The notes below the pieces were generated by a model. It saw nothing but the letters and a program-made list of their open reading frames with translations. It was not told the DNA's origin and did not search any database. A program made the translations under genes and the position numbers. A stretch of 54,474 nt of DNA from Pseudomonadota bacterium (lineage in GTDB: Bacteria; Pseudomonadota; Alphaproteobacteria; Rhodobacterales; Rhodobacteraceae), in NCBI GenBank assembly GCA_039025075.1, contig JBCCPD010000001.1, forward strand, positions 1 to 54,474. The letters are read 5' to 3'. Of the stretch, positions 30,655 to 38,868 are shown piece by piece. How positions within the stretch are numbered: position 1 is the stretch's first letter; every line of letters begins with the position of its first letter.

Positions 30655-31008
30655 ATGGGGTCCTGCAGCGTCGAACGGCTTTCCGGGGGACGGCGGACGA
30701 TCGTCTGCGAGCGCGACGACGCCCCCCATGGCGGTCTGGTCTGCGGCCATGTGGCCGACGGAGCGCCGATCCTGGCCGTGTTCCGCTATCTCGACGGAGA
30801 GCAGGCCTTCACCTGCGGTCTGCCGCATGGGCTCGAGCATCGCTGGCGGCCCGTATGCGTGGCCTGCGCGGAGGCGCTGCGGCAGGCCGAGCCCGCCCTG
30901 GCCCGAATGCCGAAGGGCTTCGCGGCCTGGCGCGAGCATGCGGGCAGCGACGTGTGGCACATCGAGGCGTTGCCGCCGGACGGCGAGGACGATCTGGACC
31001 TGCTCTAG
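30655..31008 (+). CDS. Hypothetical Cys/His-containing protein
   Basis: ATG 30655 just after the previous stop; VCGHV..PIL..FTCG..H..VC..GFAAWR..W. Confidence 0.65.
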   Translation: MGSCSVERLSGGRRTIVCERDDAPHGGLVCGHVADGAPILAVFRYLDGEQAFTCGLPHGLEHRWRPVCVACAEALRQAEPALARMPKGFAAWREHAGSDVWHIEALPPDGEDDLDLL

Positions 31009-31089
31009 CGGCGGGCCCTAGAGTCGGGGACGCGGCGATGCCGCGGCATCGGCAAAGAACGGCAACTGCACAGAAACGGACCTCCGCCC

Positions 31090-31869
31090 ATGGACCTGGA
31101 GCTCGCCGACCGCGTCGCCCTCGTCACCGGAGGCAGCCGAGGCATCGGTCTGGCCTGCGCGCGCCTGCTGTCCCGCGAAGGGGCGCGGGTCGCCGTTCTG
31201 GGCCGCGACGCCGCGCGGGCGGAGGCGGCCGCCGCGGCGCTTCCGGGGGAGGCGGTGGGCCTCGGCGCCGATCTGATCGACTCCGAGGCGGCCGAAGAGG
31301 CGCTGCGGGCGGCCGAGGCCGCCTTGGGCCCGCTCGACATTCTGGTCAACTCCGCCGGCGCGGCGCGGCGGACGCCGCCGGAGCGGTTGAATCCCGAGGC
31401 CTATCGCGCGGCGATGGACGCCAAGTACTTCAGCTACGTCAACATGATCGATCCGGCCATCAAAGGCATGGCGGCGCGCGGATCCGGCGTGATCGTCAAC
31501 GTCATCGGGGCCGGGGGCAAGCTGGCCTCTCCGGTGCACGTCGCCGGCGGGGCGGCCAATGCGGCGCTGATGCTCGCCACGGCCGGGCTGGGCGCGGCCT
31601 ATGCCGGGCAGGGCGTGCGGGTCGTCGGCGTCAATCCGGGCATCACCAAGACCGATCGCGTGGCCGAAGGCCTCGCTTCGGAGGCCGCCATGCTCGGCGG
31701 GACGGTCGAGGAGGCGGAGGAGCGGGCCCGCGGGCGCCTGCCGCTCGGCCGCATCGCGGAGCCGGAGGAGATCGCGGCGGCGGTGCTGTGGCTCGCCTCG
31801 CCCAGAGCCTCCTACGTCACGGCCGCCACGCTTTCCATGGACGGGGCCGCCGTGCCTACGGTGATCTGA
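31090..31869 (+). CDS. SDR family oxidoreductase
   Basis: VTGGSRGIG, LVNSAG, VNPG, PLGRIAEPEEIA. Confidence 0.93.
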   Translation: MDLELADRVALVTGGSRGIGLACARLLSREGARVAVLGRDAARAEAAAAALPGEAVGLGADLIDSEAAEEALRAAEAALGPLDILVNSAGAARRTPPERLNPEAYRAAMDAKYFSYVNMIDPAIKGMAARGSGVIVNVIGAGGKLASPVHVAGGAANAALMLATAGLGAAYAGQGVRVVGVNPGITKTDRVAEGLASEAAMLGGTVEEAEERARGRLPLGRIAEPEEIAAAVLWLASPRASYVTAATLSMDGAAVPTVI

Positions 31870-31958
31870 GGCGCGCCGGGCGCGCGCTTGCGCCCGATGG
31901 CGCGCGGACCCGCATGGGAACCTGGGCGAGACGCGCCGGCGGCGCTCGGCCCCAAGGG

Positions 31959-32432
31959 TCAGGCGAAGGCGTCTGGACGGGCGGCGCGCGCCAGCTTGTC
32001 GAGCACGGCGTTGACCAGGCCCGGCTCCTTGCCTTCCGGGAAGAAGGCCTTCGCCACGTCGACATACTCGCTGATCACCACCCGGGGCGGCGTGTCGTCG
32101 CGGTCGAAGAGCTCGGCCCCGGCGGCCCGGAACAGGGCGCGCAGCACCGGGTCGATCCGCTTGATCGGCCAGCCGTCCTTCATCGAGGCGTCCACCGCCT
32201 GGTCCACCGTCGCCTGACGGTTGACCGCGCCCTCCAGAAGCGCGCGGAAGAGGTCGACGTCCGCCTCTCGGAAGGCGTCGCCCTCGACCTCCATGCCTAG
32301 TCGATGGGTCTCGAACTCCTCGCGCACTTCGCGCCAATCGGCGCCTGAGCTTTCCATCTGGAACAGCGCCTGCACCGCGGCGAGGCGGGAGGCGGAACGC
32401 ATCAGCCGGCGCTCGTCCTTGGAGGGGCTCAC
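31959..32432 (-). CDS. nusB: Transcription antitermination factor NusB
   Basis: RSASRLAAVQALFQ, RIDPVLRA, VVISEYVDVAKAF, VNAVLD; GTG start overlaps the ribH stop. Confidence 0.95.
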   Translation of the reverse strand: MSPSKDERRLMRSASRLAAVQALFQMESSGADWREVREEFETHRLGMEVEGDAFREADVDLFRALLEGAVNRQATVDQAVDASMKDGWPIKRIDPVLRALFRAAGAELFDRDDTPPRVVISEYVDVAKAFFPEGKEPGLVNAVLDKLARAARPDAFA

Positions 32433-32893
32433 CGCACGAACCGGCGTTTGAGCGCGATCAGATGCAGCGCCGCCGTGGCCGCGCCGCCGCCCTTGTCCAT
32501 CTCGGCGGGGTTCGCGCGAGCCTCCGCCTGTTCCATGCTTTCGCAGGTCAGGATGCCGTTGCCGATGCACAGGCCTTCGAGCCCCAGAAGCGTCAGCGCC
32601 CGGGCGCTTTCCTCGCAGACCGTTTCGTAGTGGGTGGTTTCCCCGCGGATGATGCAGCCGAGGGCGACGTAGCCGTCATAGGCCTCCGCTTCTTCGGCCA
32701 AGGAGAGGGTGGCGCCGATCTCCAGCGCGCCGGGCACTTCGATCACTTCGGCGCTGGCGCCGGCGGCCTCGATCACCGCCTGGGCCCCGGCGATCAGGCC
32801 GTCGGCGACGGCGCGGTAGAACGGCGCCGCCACGATCAGCAGCTTGGCGCCCGGCAGGCGCGGCGTCTCCAGCGTTCCATCCTGCCGCGCCAT
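32429..32893 (-). CDS. ribH: 6,7-dimethyl-8-ribityllumazine synthase
   Basis: VPGALEI, ALGCIIRGETTHYE, GNGILT, DKGG. Confidence 0.96.
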   Translation of the reverse strand: MARQDGTLETPRLPGAKLLIVAAPFYRAVADGLIAGAQAVIEAAGASAEVIEVPGALEIGATLSLAEEAEAYDGYVALGCIIRGETTHYETVCEESARALTLLGLEGLCIGNGILTCESMEQAEARANPAEMDKGGGAATAALHLIALKRRFVR

Positions 32894-32896
32894 GGC

Positions 32897-34015
32897 TCAA
32901 CCCTCCTCGTTCCACAGCCGGCGCATGCCGGCGATGGAGAGCCCGTAGCCCTCCAGCCCCACGACCTTGGGGGAGGGCGAGTTCGACAGCAGCGTCATCT
33001 CCTGCACCCCCAGAGCGGCGAGGATCTGCGCGCCGATACCGTACTGCCTCAGAGTGTTGGGCGAGACGCCTGACGTGCCCGAGAGCGCCGAGGCCACCAG
33101 GCCCGGCGTCAGGTCGCGCAGCAGCACGACGACGCCGCGGCCCTCGGCGGCGATGGCCTCCATGGCCGCGGCGAGCTGGCCGTTGCGGCCGGGCGCGGCG
33201 GCCAGCAGGTCGGCCAGCGGGTCGACGACATGCATGCGCACCAGGACCGGCCCGCCGGAGGCGACGTCGCCTTTGGTCAGGGCCAAGTGCTCTCCGCCGC
33301 CCGGGGCGTCGGAGAAGACGCGGAGCCTCCAGTCGCCGCCATGGTCGGATTGGACGGAGCGGGCGGCGGTTTCGCGCACCAGATTGTCGTGGCGGCGGCG
33401 ATAGGCGATCAGGTCGCTGATGGTGCCGATCTTCAGGCCGTGCAGCTGCGCGAAGCCGACCAGATCGGGCAGACGCGCCATGGCGCCGTCGTCCTTCATG
33501 ATCTCGCAGATGACGCCCGCTGGGTTGAGGCCGGCGAGCCGCGAGATGTCGACGGCGGCCTCCGTGTGCCCAGCGCGGACCAGCACGCCGCCCTCGCGGG
33601 CGCGCAGCGGAAAGACGTGGCCGGGGGTGGCGATGTCCTGCGGGCCTGAGGTGGGGTCGATGGCGACCGCCACCGTGCGGGCGCGGTCATGGGCGGAGAT
33701 GCCGGTGGTCACGCCCTCCCGCGCTTCGATGGAGGTGGTGAAGGCGGTCTCGTGCCGGCTTTGGTTGTTGGAGGCCATGAGCGGCAGGCCGAGCTGGTCC
33801 AGCCGCTCGCCGGTCATCGCGAGGCAGATCAGGCCGCGGCCGTGGGTGGCCATGAAGTTCACCGCGTCGGGGGTGGCCATCTGGGCGGGGATGACGAGAT
33901 CGCCTTCGTTCTCACGGTCTTCGTGATCGACGAGGATGAACATGCGGCCGTTGCGGGCGTCGTCGATGATCTCCTCGACCGAGGAGATGGCGTCTGAGTA
34001 GTCGGTCTCGGTCAT
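32897..34015 (-). CDS. ribB: DHBP synthase with degenerate GTP cyclohydrolase II-like C-terminal domain
   Basis: DHEDRENEGD, RGLIC, PGHVFPL, RAGHTEA, CEIM; C-terminal VRMH region lacks the Zn-binding cysteines. Confidence 0.95.
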   Translation of the reverse strand: MTETDYSDAISSVEEIIDDARNGRMFILVDHEDRENEGDLVIPAQMATPDAVNFMATHGRGLICLAMTGERLDQLGLPLMASNNQSRHETAFTTSIEAREGVTTGISAHDRARTVAVAIDPTSGPQDIATPGHVFPLRAREGGVLVRAGHTEAAVDISRLAGLNPAGVICEIMKDDGAMARLPDLVGFAQLHGLKIGTISDLIAYRRRHDNLVRETAARSVQSDHGGDWRLRVFSDAPGGGEHLALTKGDVASGGPVLVRMHVVDPLADLLAAAPGRNGQLAAAMEAIAAEGRGVVVLLRDLTPGLVASALSGTSGVSPNTLRQYGIGAQILAALGVQEMTLLSNSPSPKVVGLEGYGLSIAGMRRLWNEEG

Positions 34016-34100
34016 GGAGGGCGCCTCGCTGGTTCGCCGCGTGACCTATCCCGCCGCGGCCGGGGTTTCCAGCCTCCGCGGCGATGCGCCGGGGCCGCGG

Positions 34101-34700
34101 TCAGACGGCCTCGGCGAGGCGGGCGACGTAGCGGGCGAGAGGGTCGATCTCGAGGTTCACGCGGTCTCCGGCGCCGATGCCGCCCCAATTGGTGACTTGC
34201 TTGGTATGGGGGATGAGGTTGACGCCGAAGACGTCGCCTTCGACCTCGTTGACGGTCAGGGAGGTGCCGGCGAGGGCGACCGAGCCCTTCTGGGCGATGA
34301 AGCGGGAGAGGGCGGAGGGGGCGCGGAAGCGGTAGCGGGTGCTGTCGCCTTCGTCTTTGGTTTCAAGCACTTGCGCGACGCCGTCCACATGGCCGGTGAC
34401 GATGTGGCCGCCGAGTTCGTCGCCGACCCGGAGCGAGCGTTCGAGGTTGATGCGGGTTCCGAGGGCCCAGTCGTCGAGGGTGGACTTGGAGAGGCTTTCG
34501 GCGCTGACGTCCACGTCGAACCAGCCTCGGCCGTCCGCTTCGCCTCGGTCGACGGCGGTCAGGCAGACGCCGTCGCAGCAGATGGAGGCGCCGATGTCGG
34601 CGCGGGCGACGGCGGGCGCGCAGGCGATGCGGGCGCGCAGATCGCCGCGCTTTTCGAGGCGCACGACCTCTCCCACGTCGATGACGATTCCGGTGAACAT
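34101..34700 (-). CDS. ribE: Riboflavin synthase (alpha chain)
   Basis: MFTGIV start, GVCLTA, NLERSL, GGHIVTGHVDG, GTSLTVN, IPHT, VNLEID. Confidence 0.96.
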   Translation of the reverse strand: MFTGIVIDVGEVVRLEKRGDLRARIACAPAVARADIGASICCDGVCLTAVDRGEADGRGWFDVDVSAESLSKSTLDDWALGTRINLERSLRVGDELGGHIVTGHVDGVAQVLETKDEGDSTRYRFRAPSALSRFIAQKGSVALAGTSLTVNEVEGDVFGVNLIPHTKQVTNWGGIGAGDRVNLEIDPLARYVARLAEAV

Positions 34701-34772
34701 GGGGCGCGCTCCTCCTCGGGCCGGGGTCGAGACCGGGAGGTAGAGGGCCGCGGGGCGGGGGGCAAGGGACGC

Positions 34773-34920
34773 CCCGAGGCGCCGTGCAAGCGTCGGGCGA
34801 ATGTCGGGCTCGGGTCGGGCTTTCGTCGGGCGAGAGTCGGGCCGGCGACGGGTCGCGGGGCTGGCCCGCGTCGGGCGCATGTCGGGCCGGTGTCGGGCCT
34901 TCGTCGGGCTTTCGTCGGGC
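34773..34920 (-). repeat. Phased array copy B: 12 x (N)CCCGAC+N4, period 11 bp, plus tail
   Basis: GTCGGG on + at 34792, 34803, 34814, 34825, 34836, 34870, 34881, 34892, 34903, 34914; GACGGG at 34847; one degenerate unit near 34859-34865. Confidence 0.95.
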
Positions 34921-34924
34921 GCGG

Positions 34925-36031
34925 TCAGGCGGGACGCCAGACCGAGAGGACATCGGCGCCGAGGGGCCTGGTTTCCGCCAGCGCGTAGCGCGGCGCGTCC
35001 GTCAGACGGTCCAGCGCGAGGGGACCGAGCGCCGGGCGGCCCTCCGCCCCCAAGGCGAGGCCGGCCTGGATCCAGGCGATCTCGTCCGCCAGGCCGGCGC
35101 CGGCGAGGGCGGCGGCGAGGCGGCCGCCGCCTTCGCAGAGCACGCGCGTGAGGCGCGCCTCGCCCAGAACGTCGAGGGCGGCGGCGAGGTCGAGCCCGTC
35201 GCCGGCCGGATCGAGAGGGCAGGGGCGCAGGCGCAGGCCCATGGCCTCCAGCGCGGCCAGGCGGGCGGGGTCCGCCTGGGGGCCGTGCAGCAGGAGGACG
35301 GGGCGGGCGCGGGCGCCGCGGGCGAGGCGCGTCGCCGGGTCGAGGGAGGCGCGCGGGTCCAGCAGGACCGGCATGGGGGAGCGGTCTTCGAGGCCGGGGA
35401 GGCGCACGTCGAGGCGAGGGTCGTCGGCGCGGACGGTGCCCATGCCGACCAGAATGGCGTCGGATCGGGCCCTGAGAAGATGCACGTGGGCGCGGGCGGG
35501 CGCGCCGGAGATCCAGCGGCTTTCGCCCGAAGCGGTGGCGATGCGCCCGTCGAGGCTGCCGGCGAGCTTGAGGGTCAGATGCGGGCGGCCGCGGCGATGG
35601 AGGCTCAGAAACCCTTCGTTGAGGCGCTCGGCCTCGGCGGCGCGGAGGCCGACCTCGACGATCACGTCGGCCTCGCGCAGCCGGGCGAAGCCGCGGCCGT
35701 CGACGCGGGGGTCCGGATCGCCGATGCAGGCGAGAACGCGGGCGACGCCGGCGTCGACCAGGCCGTCGGCGCAGGGGGGCGTGCGGCCGTAATGGGCGCA
35801 GGGTTCGAGGGTGACGTAGACGTCGGCGCCGCGTGCGGCCTCCCCGGCCTGATCGAGGGCGACCCGTTCGGCATGAGGGCGGCCGCTGGGCCGGGTCCAG
35901 CCCTGGCCGACGAGACGGCCGTCCTTGACGATGACGGCGCCCACGGCGGGGTTGGGGGCCACGCGCCCCAGCCCGCGGCGGGCGAGGGTCAGCGCGGCGC
36001 GCATCCAGCGGAGGTCCTGATCGGCGGTCAT
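34925..36031 (-). CDS. ribD: Riboflavin biosynthesis deaminase/reductase RibD
   Basis: PNPAVG, HAE, TLEPCAHYGRTPPC, SLDGRIA, GESRWIS, DDPRL, CEGGG; start MTADQDL. Confidence 0.96.
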   Translation of the reverse strand: MTADQDLRWMRAALTLARRGLGRVAPNPAVGAVIVKDGRLVGQGWTRPSGRPHAERVALDQAGEAARGADVYVTLEPCAHYGRTPPCADGLVDAGVARVLACIGDPDPRVDGRGFARLREADVIVEVGLRAAEAERLNEGFLSLHRRGRPHLTLKLAGSLDGRIATASGESRWISGAPARAHVHLLRARSDAILVGMGTVRADDPRLDVRLPGLEDRSPMPVLLDPRASLDPATRLARGARARPVLLLHGPQADPARLAALEAMGLRLRPCPLDPAGDGLDLAAALDVLGEARLTRVLCEGGGRLAAALAGAGLADEIAWIQAGLALGAEGRPALGPLALDRLTDAPRYALAETRPLGADVLSVWRPA

Positions 36032-36093
36032 GGGCGAGGTCCGGTCATGGGGCCGAGGCGTGTCCCGTCGGCCGGCCGGGGTCAACCCCGCCG

Positions 36094-36183
36094 AGGCGGG
36101 GCTGGGCAGGGCTGGGCGGGGCGGGGCGAGGGACGAGGGGCGCGGGCGGCCGAGCCGAGCCAAGCCCAGCCGAGCCAAGCCCT
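36094..36183. repeat. Opposed 5-bp tandem tracts (GGGCN)6 and (GCCNA)6
   Basis: GGGCT GGGCA GGGCT GGGCG GGGCG GGGCG at 36099-36128; GCCGA GCCGA GCCAA GCCCA GCCGA GCCAA at 36149-36178. Confidence 0.85.
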
Positions 36184-36188
36184 TGATT
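36176..36188. promoter_or_regulatory. IHF-consensus site
   Basis: CAAGCCCTTGATT is a perfect reverse complement of WATCAA-N4-TTR, with a T-tract at 36191-36195. Confidence 0.55.
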
Positions 36189-36194
36189 TCTTTT

Positions 36195-36407
36195 TCCAGG
36201 CGGCGCGTTCCGAAGGCGACGACACCGCCCGCGTCTGCCGTCGAGCGGCGTCCTTGGAACGCCGTCGTTGGAGCGCGATCGACCAGGCGCCGTCTTTGGC
36301 GCGTCGACGCCTCCGGCGCTGGGTTCGGAGCGGCTCGGTCCGGGCCCCCTGTTCCACCGGGATGCTCCGAACGCGGTGGGTCGAGCGCCGCGTTTCGGAC
36401 GCCGACC
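36195..36407. repeat. Degenerate 14-bp period array
   Basis: Unit starts 36240, 36254, 36268, 36282, 36296, 36311, 36325, 36339, 36353, 36366, 36380, 36394 (also 36195, 36209); rough consensus TYSGRRCGSCGNCG. Confidence 0.6.
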
Positions 36408-36418
36408 CGGCGCCGCCC

Positions 36419-36898
36419 TCAGGCGTCGTCTTTGACGTCGTCTCTGACGGGGGGGCGCAGTTCGGCGACGAAGTCTTCGAAATCGTCGGCCGCTTGGAAA
36501 TTCTTGTAGACGGAGGCGAAGCGGACGTAGGCGACGGTGTCGATGCGGGCGAGCGTGTCCATGACGATCTGGCCGATCTCATCGGAGGGAACGTCGGAGT
36601 CGCCCTTGGATTCGAGGCGGCGGACGATGCCTGAGATCATCTGGTCGATTCGCTCAGGCTCGATGGGACGTTTCTGGAGCGCGATGCGGATCGAGCGGGA
36701 GAGCTTGTCGCGGTCGAAATCCTCGCGCTTGCCGTTCGTCTTCACCACCACCAGGTCGCGGAGCTGCACGCGTTCGTAGGTGGTGAAGCGGCCGCCGCAG
36801 GCCGGGCAGAAGCGTCGCCGCCGGATGGCGACGTGATCCTCCGCCGGGCGGCTGTCCTTCACTTGGGTCTCGGTCGATCCGCAGAACGGGCAGCGCAT
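36419..36898 (-). CDS. nrdR: Transcriptional repressor NrdR
   Basis: [25 protein letters not shown] cone, [10 protein letters not shown]. Confidence 0.97.
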   Translation of the reverse strand: MRCPFCGSTETQVKDSRPAEDHVAIRRRRFCPACGGRFTTYERVQLRDLVVVKTNGKREDFDRDKLSRSIRIALQKRPIEPERIDQMISGIVRRLESKGDSDVPSDEIGQIVMDTLARIDTVAYVRFASVYKNFQAADDFEDFVAELRPPVRDDVKDDA

Positions 36899-37111
36899 CT
36901 CGGGCCTCCTCGGGTGGGGTTCGCCTTATGTTATGGGGCGGGGCGCCCCTGGGGGAAGCGCGATGGGCCGCGTCCAGATGGTGAGGGACGAATCGGTTGA
37001 AGGGCGAGTCTTCGACGCAACGCTCGGGCAGGCGAGCGCGGGCGCTTTCCAAACGCCGATCCGGCGGGCAAGCTGAGTCCAGGGATTTCGCTGACGGAGG
37101 GGACCATCGCC

Positions 37112-38116
37112 ATGCCACGCGCCATCGCGCTCGCCGCCGCAGGCCTGCTGATCGCAGGGCCCGCCGCCGCGCTGACGCTCGACGCGCCCAACACCGTGAC
37201 GGGAGCCGATTTCGGCATCGTCTTCGACGGGCCGCTGGCCACGCCGACGACGGTGAACTCGGTGACGTTCGACGGCGGCTCGGCGCTCGCGCCGCTGTTC
37301 GGCTTCGCGGGGCCGCCGGCGCGGGTCTGCGGGTTCTTCGGCGGGGCCGGCTGCCAGGGGCCGGTGGTGATCGACCTGCCGGCGCCGTCGCGCGACCTGT
37401 CGGTCACGATCTCCGGCACGCCGGCGCAGGCGCGGGCCTACGATGGGGCCGAGCTGGTGGCGGTCCGCTCGAACATGGTCGACGGGGTGCTGGACTTCGG
37501 CGGGGGCTACAACATCGACCGGGTGGAGATCGAGCCGACGGCGACGGGGCCGGGGAACTCGGTGGCGTTCGAGGGGATCACCTTCACGCCGCAGTCGTTG
37601 CGCGATCCGCGGACGTTCGTGGATTTTTCGCTGGCGCCTTCGGACACGTTCGGGACGGGGGAGGAGATCCGCGGGGTGCGGTTCGACTGGTTCGGCGGGT
37701 TCGCCGCGACGCGGGACGGGGAGCCGCCGGATCTGTGCGCCTTCGCGCCCGGGGCCGGGTGCCTCGGCGCGACCACGGCGACGCTGCCGGCGCCGTCGTC
37801 GCAGGTGTCCTACGACGTGACCGGGAACGCGCCGACGCAGCATGAGGCGTTCGATGCGATGGGCGCGCGGCTGGCGATTCTGACCTTGGGGTCGGGCGGC
37901 GGCCGGGTCGACTTCGGCGCGATCGGAGGGATCGCCTCGGTCGTGGCGGCGCCGTCGCGGATCGATTTGGGCGCGAACTATTTCATTTCGGAGCTGTCGT
38001 TCCAGGCGCCTCCGCCCTCCGGCGAGGTTCCGTTGCCGGGGGCGGCGCCGTTGCTGGCGCTCGGGGCGGCGGCGCTGGCGCGAGCGGCGAAATCCCGCGC
38101 GCGTCGGGAGGTCTGA
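37112..38116 (+). CDS. Secreted protein with VPLPA-CTERM-type sorting signal and a duplicated domain
   Basis: Signal peptide (..AGPAAA), C-terminus VPLPGAAPLLALGAAAL followed by KSRARR; GGAGG RBS. Confidence 0.85.
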   Translation: MPRAIALAAAGLLIAGPAAALTLDAPNTVTGADFGIVFDGPLATPTTVNSVTFDGGSALAPLFGFAGPPARVCGFFGGAGCQGPVVIDLPAPSRDLSVTISGTPAQARAYDGAELVAVRSNMVDGVLDFGGGYNIDRVEIEPTATGPGNSVAFEGITFTPQSLRDPRTFVDFSLAPSDTFGTGEEIRGVRFDWFGGFAATRDGEPPDLCAFAPGAGCLGATTATLPAPSSQVSYDVTGNAPTQHEAFDAMGARLAILTLGSGGGRVDFGAIGGIASVVAAPSRIDLGANYFISELSFQAPPPSGEVPLPGAAPLLALGAAALARAAKSRARREV

Positions 38117-38147
38117 GCGCGTCCGCGACTTGGGGTTTCGTTGAGGT

Positions 38148-38849
38148 TCAGGACGCGTCGCTCAGCGCCTCGCGGACCAGGAGCCAGGCGCGGCGGTAGT
38201 TGAGGGCGCCGCCGAGCAGGAAGAGCAGGGAGCCGATCAGGTACTGCCAGGCGAGGTAGGCGTGCAGGAACGCGCGCTCGTCAGGTTCCGGCACGTCCCA
38301 CAGGTACGGCACGGAGGCGACGGCGAAGAGGACCGAGCCCACCACGTAGCTGAGGGCGGTGAGGTTCAGCAGGCGCAGCTGCGCCGGGCCGGCGGCGTCG
38401 AAGCTTTGCAGGACGTTGATCACGGCGCCGAGCACGAAGAGCAGGCTGCCGAGGATGAAGCACCAGGCGCCGGCGCGTTCGAGCCCGACCCAGGACAGAA
38501 AGAGGATCGAGCCGACGAGGAACAGGAGCGTGCCGGCGACGTAGCCGAGGGCGGCCGCAAGCTCCTCCCGCGCCGCGCGGCCGCCGCCGCGGGCGTGGCG
38601 GCGGGCCTCGAGCAAGTCGTGGCCGGTGACGACGAGATAGAGGAGGGAGCCGGCGAAGAAGATCCAGGCGCCGAGGTCGGACCAGGCGGAGAAGCGGGGA
38701 AAGAAGCAGACGCTGCCGACGACGAACATCGCGCCGCCGAGCTTGTAGGCGACGGCGTTGAACGTCTCCCACCGGAACTGGGCGCGCAGGGCCGGGTCTT
38801 CGCGGGTCAGATCCATGATCCGGCGCCGCGGCACGAAGCTGTGAGGCAT
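38148..38849 (-). CDS. YrhK-like multi-pass membrane protein
   Basis: Repeated FVVGSVCFF / FLVGSILFL / FILGSLLF helices and GAW.F..GS motifs. Confidence 0.75.
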   Translation of the reverse strand: MPHSFVPRRRIMDLTREDPALRAQFRWETFNAVAYKLGGAMFVVGSVCFFPRFSAWSDLGAWIFFAGSLLYLVVTGHDLLEARRHARGGGRAAREELAAALGYVAGTLLFLVGSILFLSWVGLERAGAWCFILGSLLFVLGAVINVLQSFDAAGPAQLRLLNLTALSYVVGSVLFAVASVPYLWDVPEPDERAFLHAYLAWQYLIGSLLFLLGGALNYRRAWLLVREALSDAS

Positions 38850-38868
38850 GGCGGGCGTCCCCGGAGCG

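Noticed and set aside
32897-33400. Degenerate GTP cyclohydrolase II domain fused to RibB as a novelty
   Set aside because: RibB fusions with an inactive C-terminal domain (RibBX type) are already known in proteobacteria.
36032-36418. FMN riboswitch upstream of ribD or other rib genes
   Set aside because: No recognisable RFN consensus segments.
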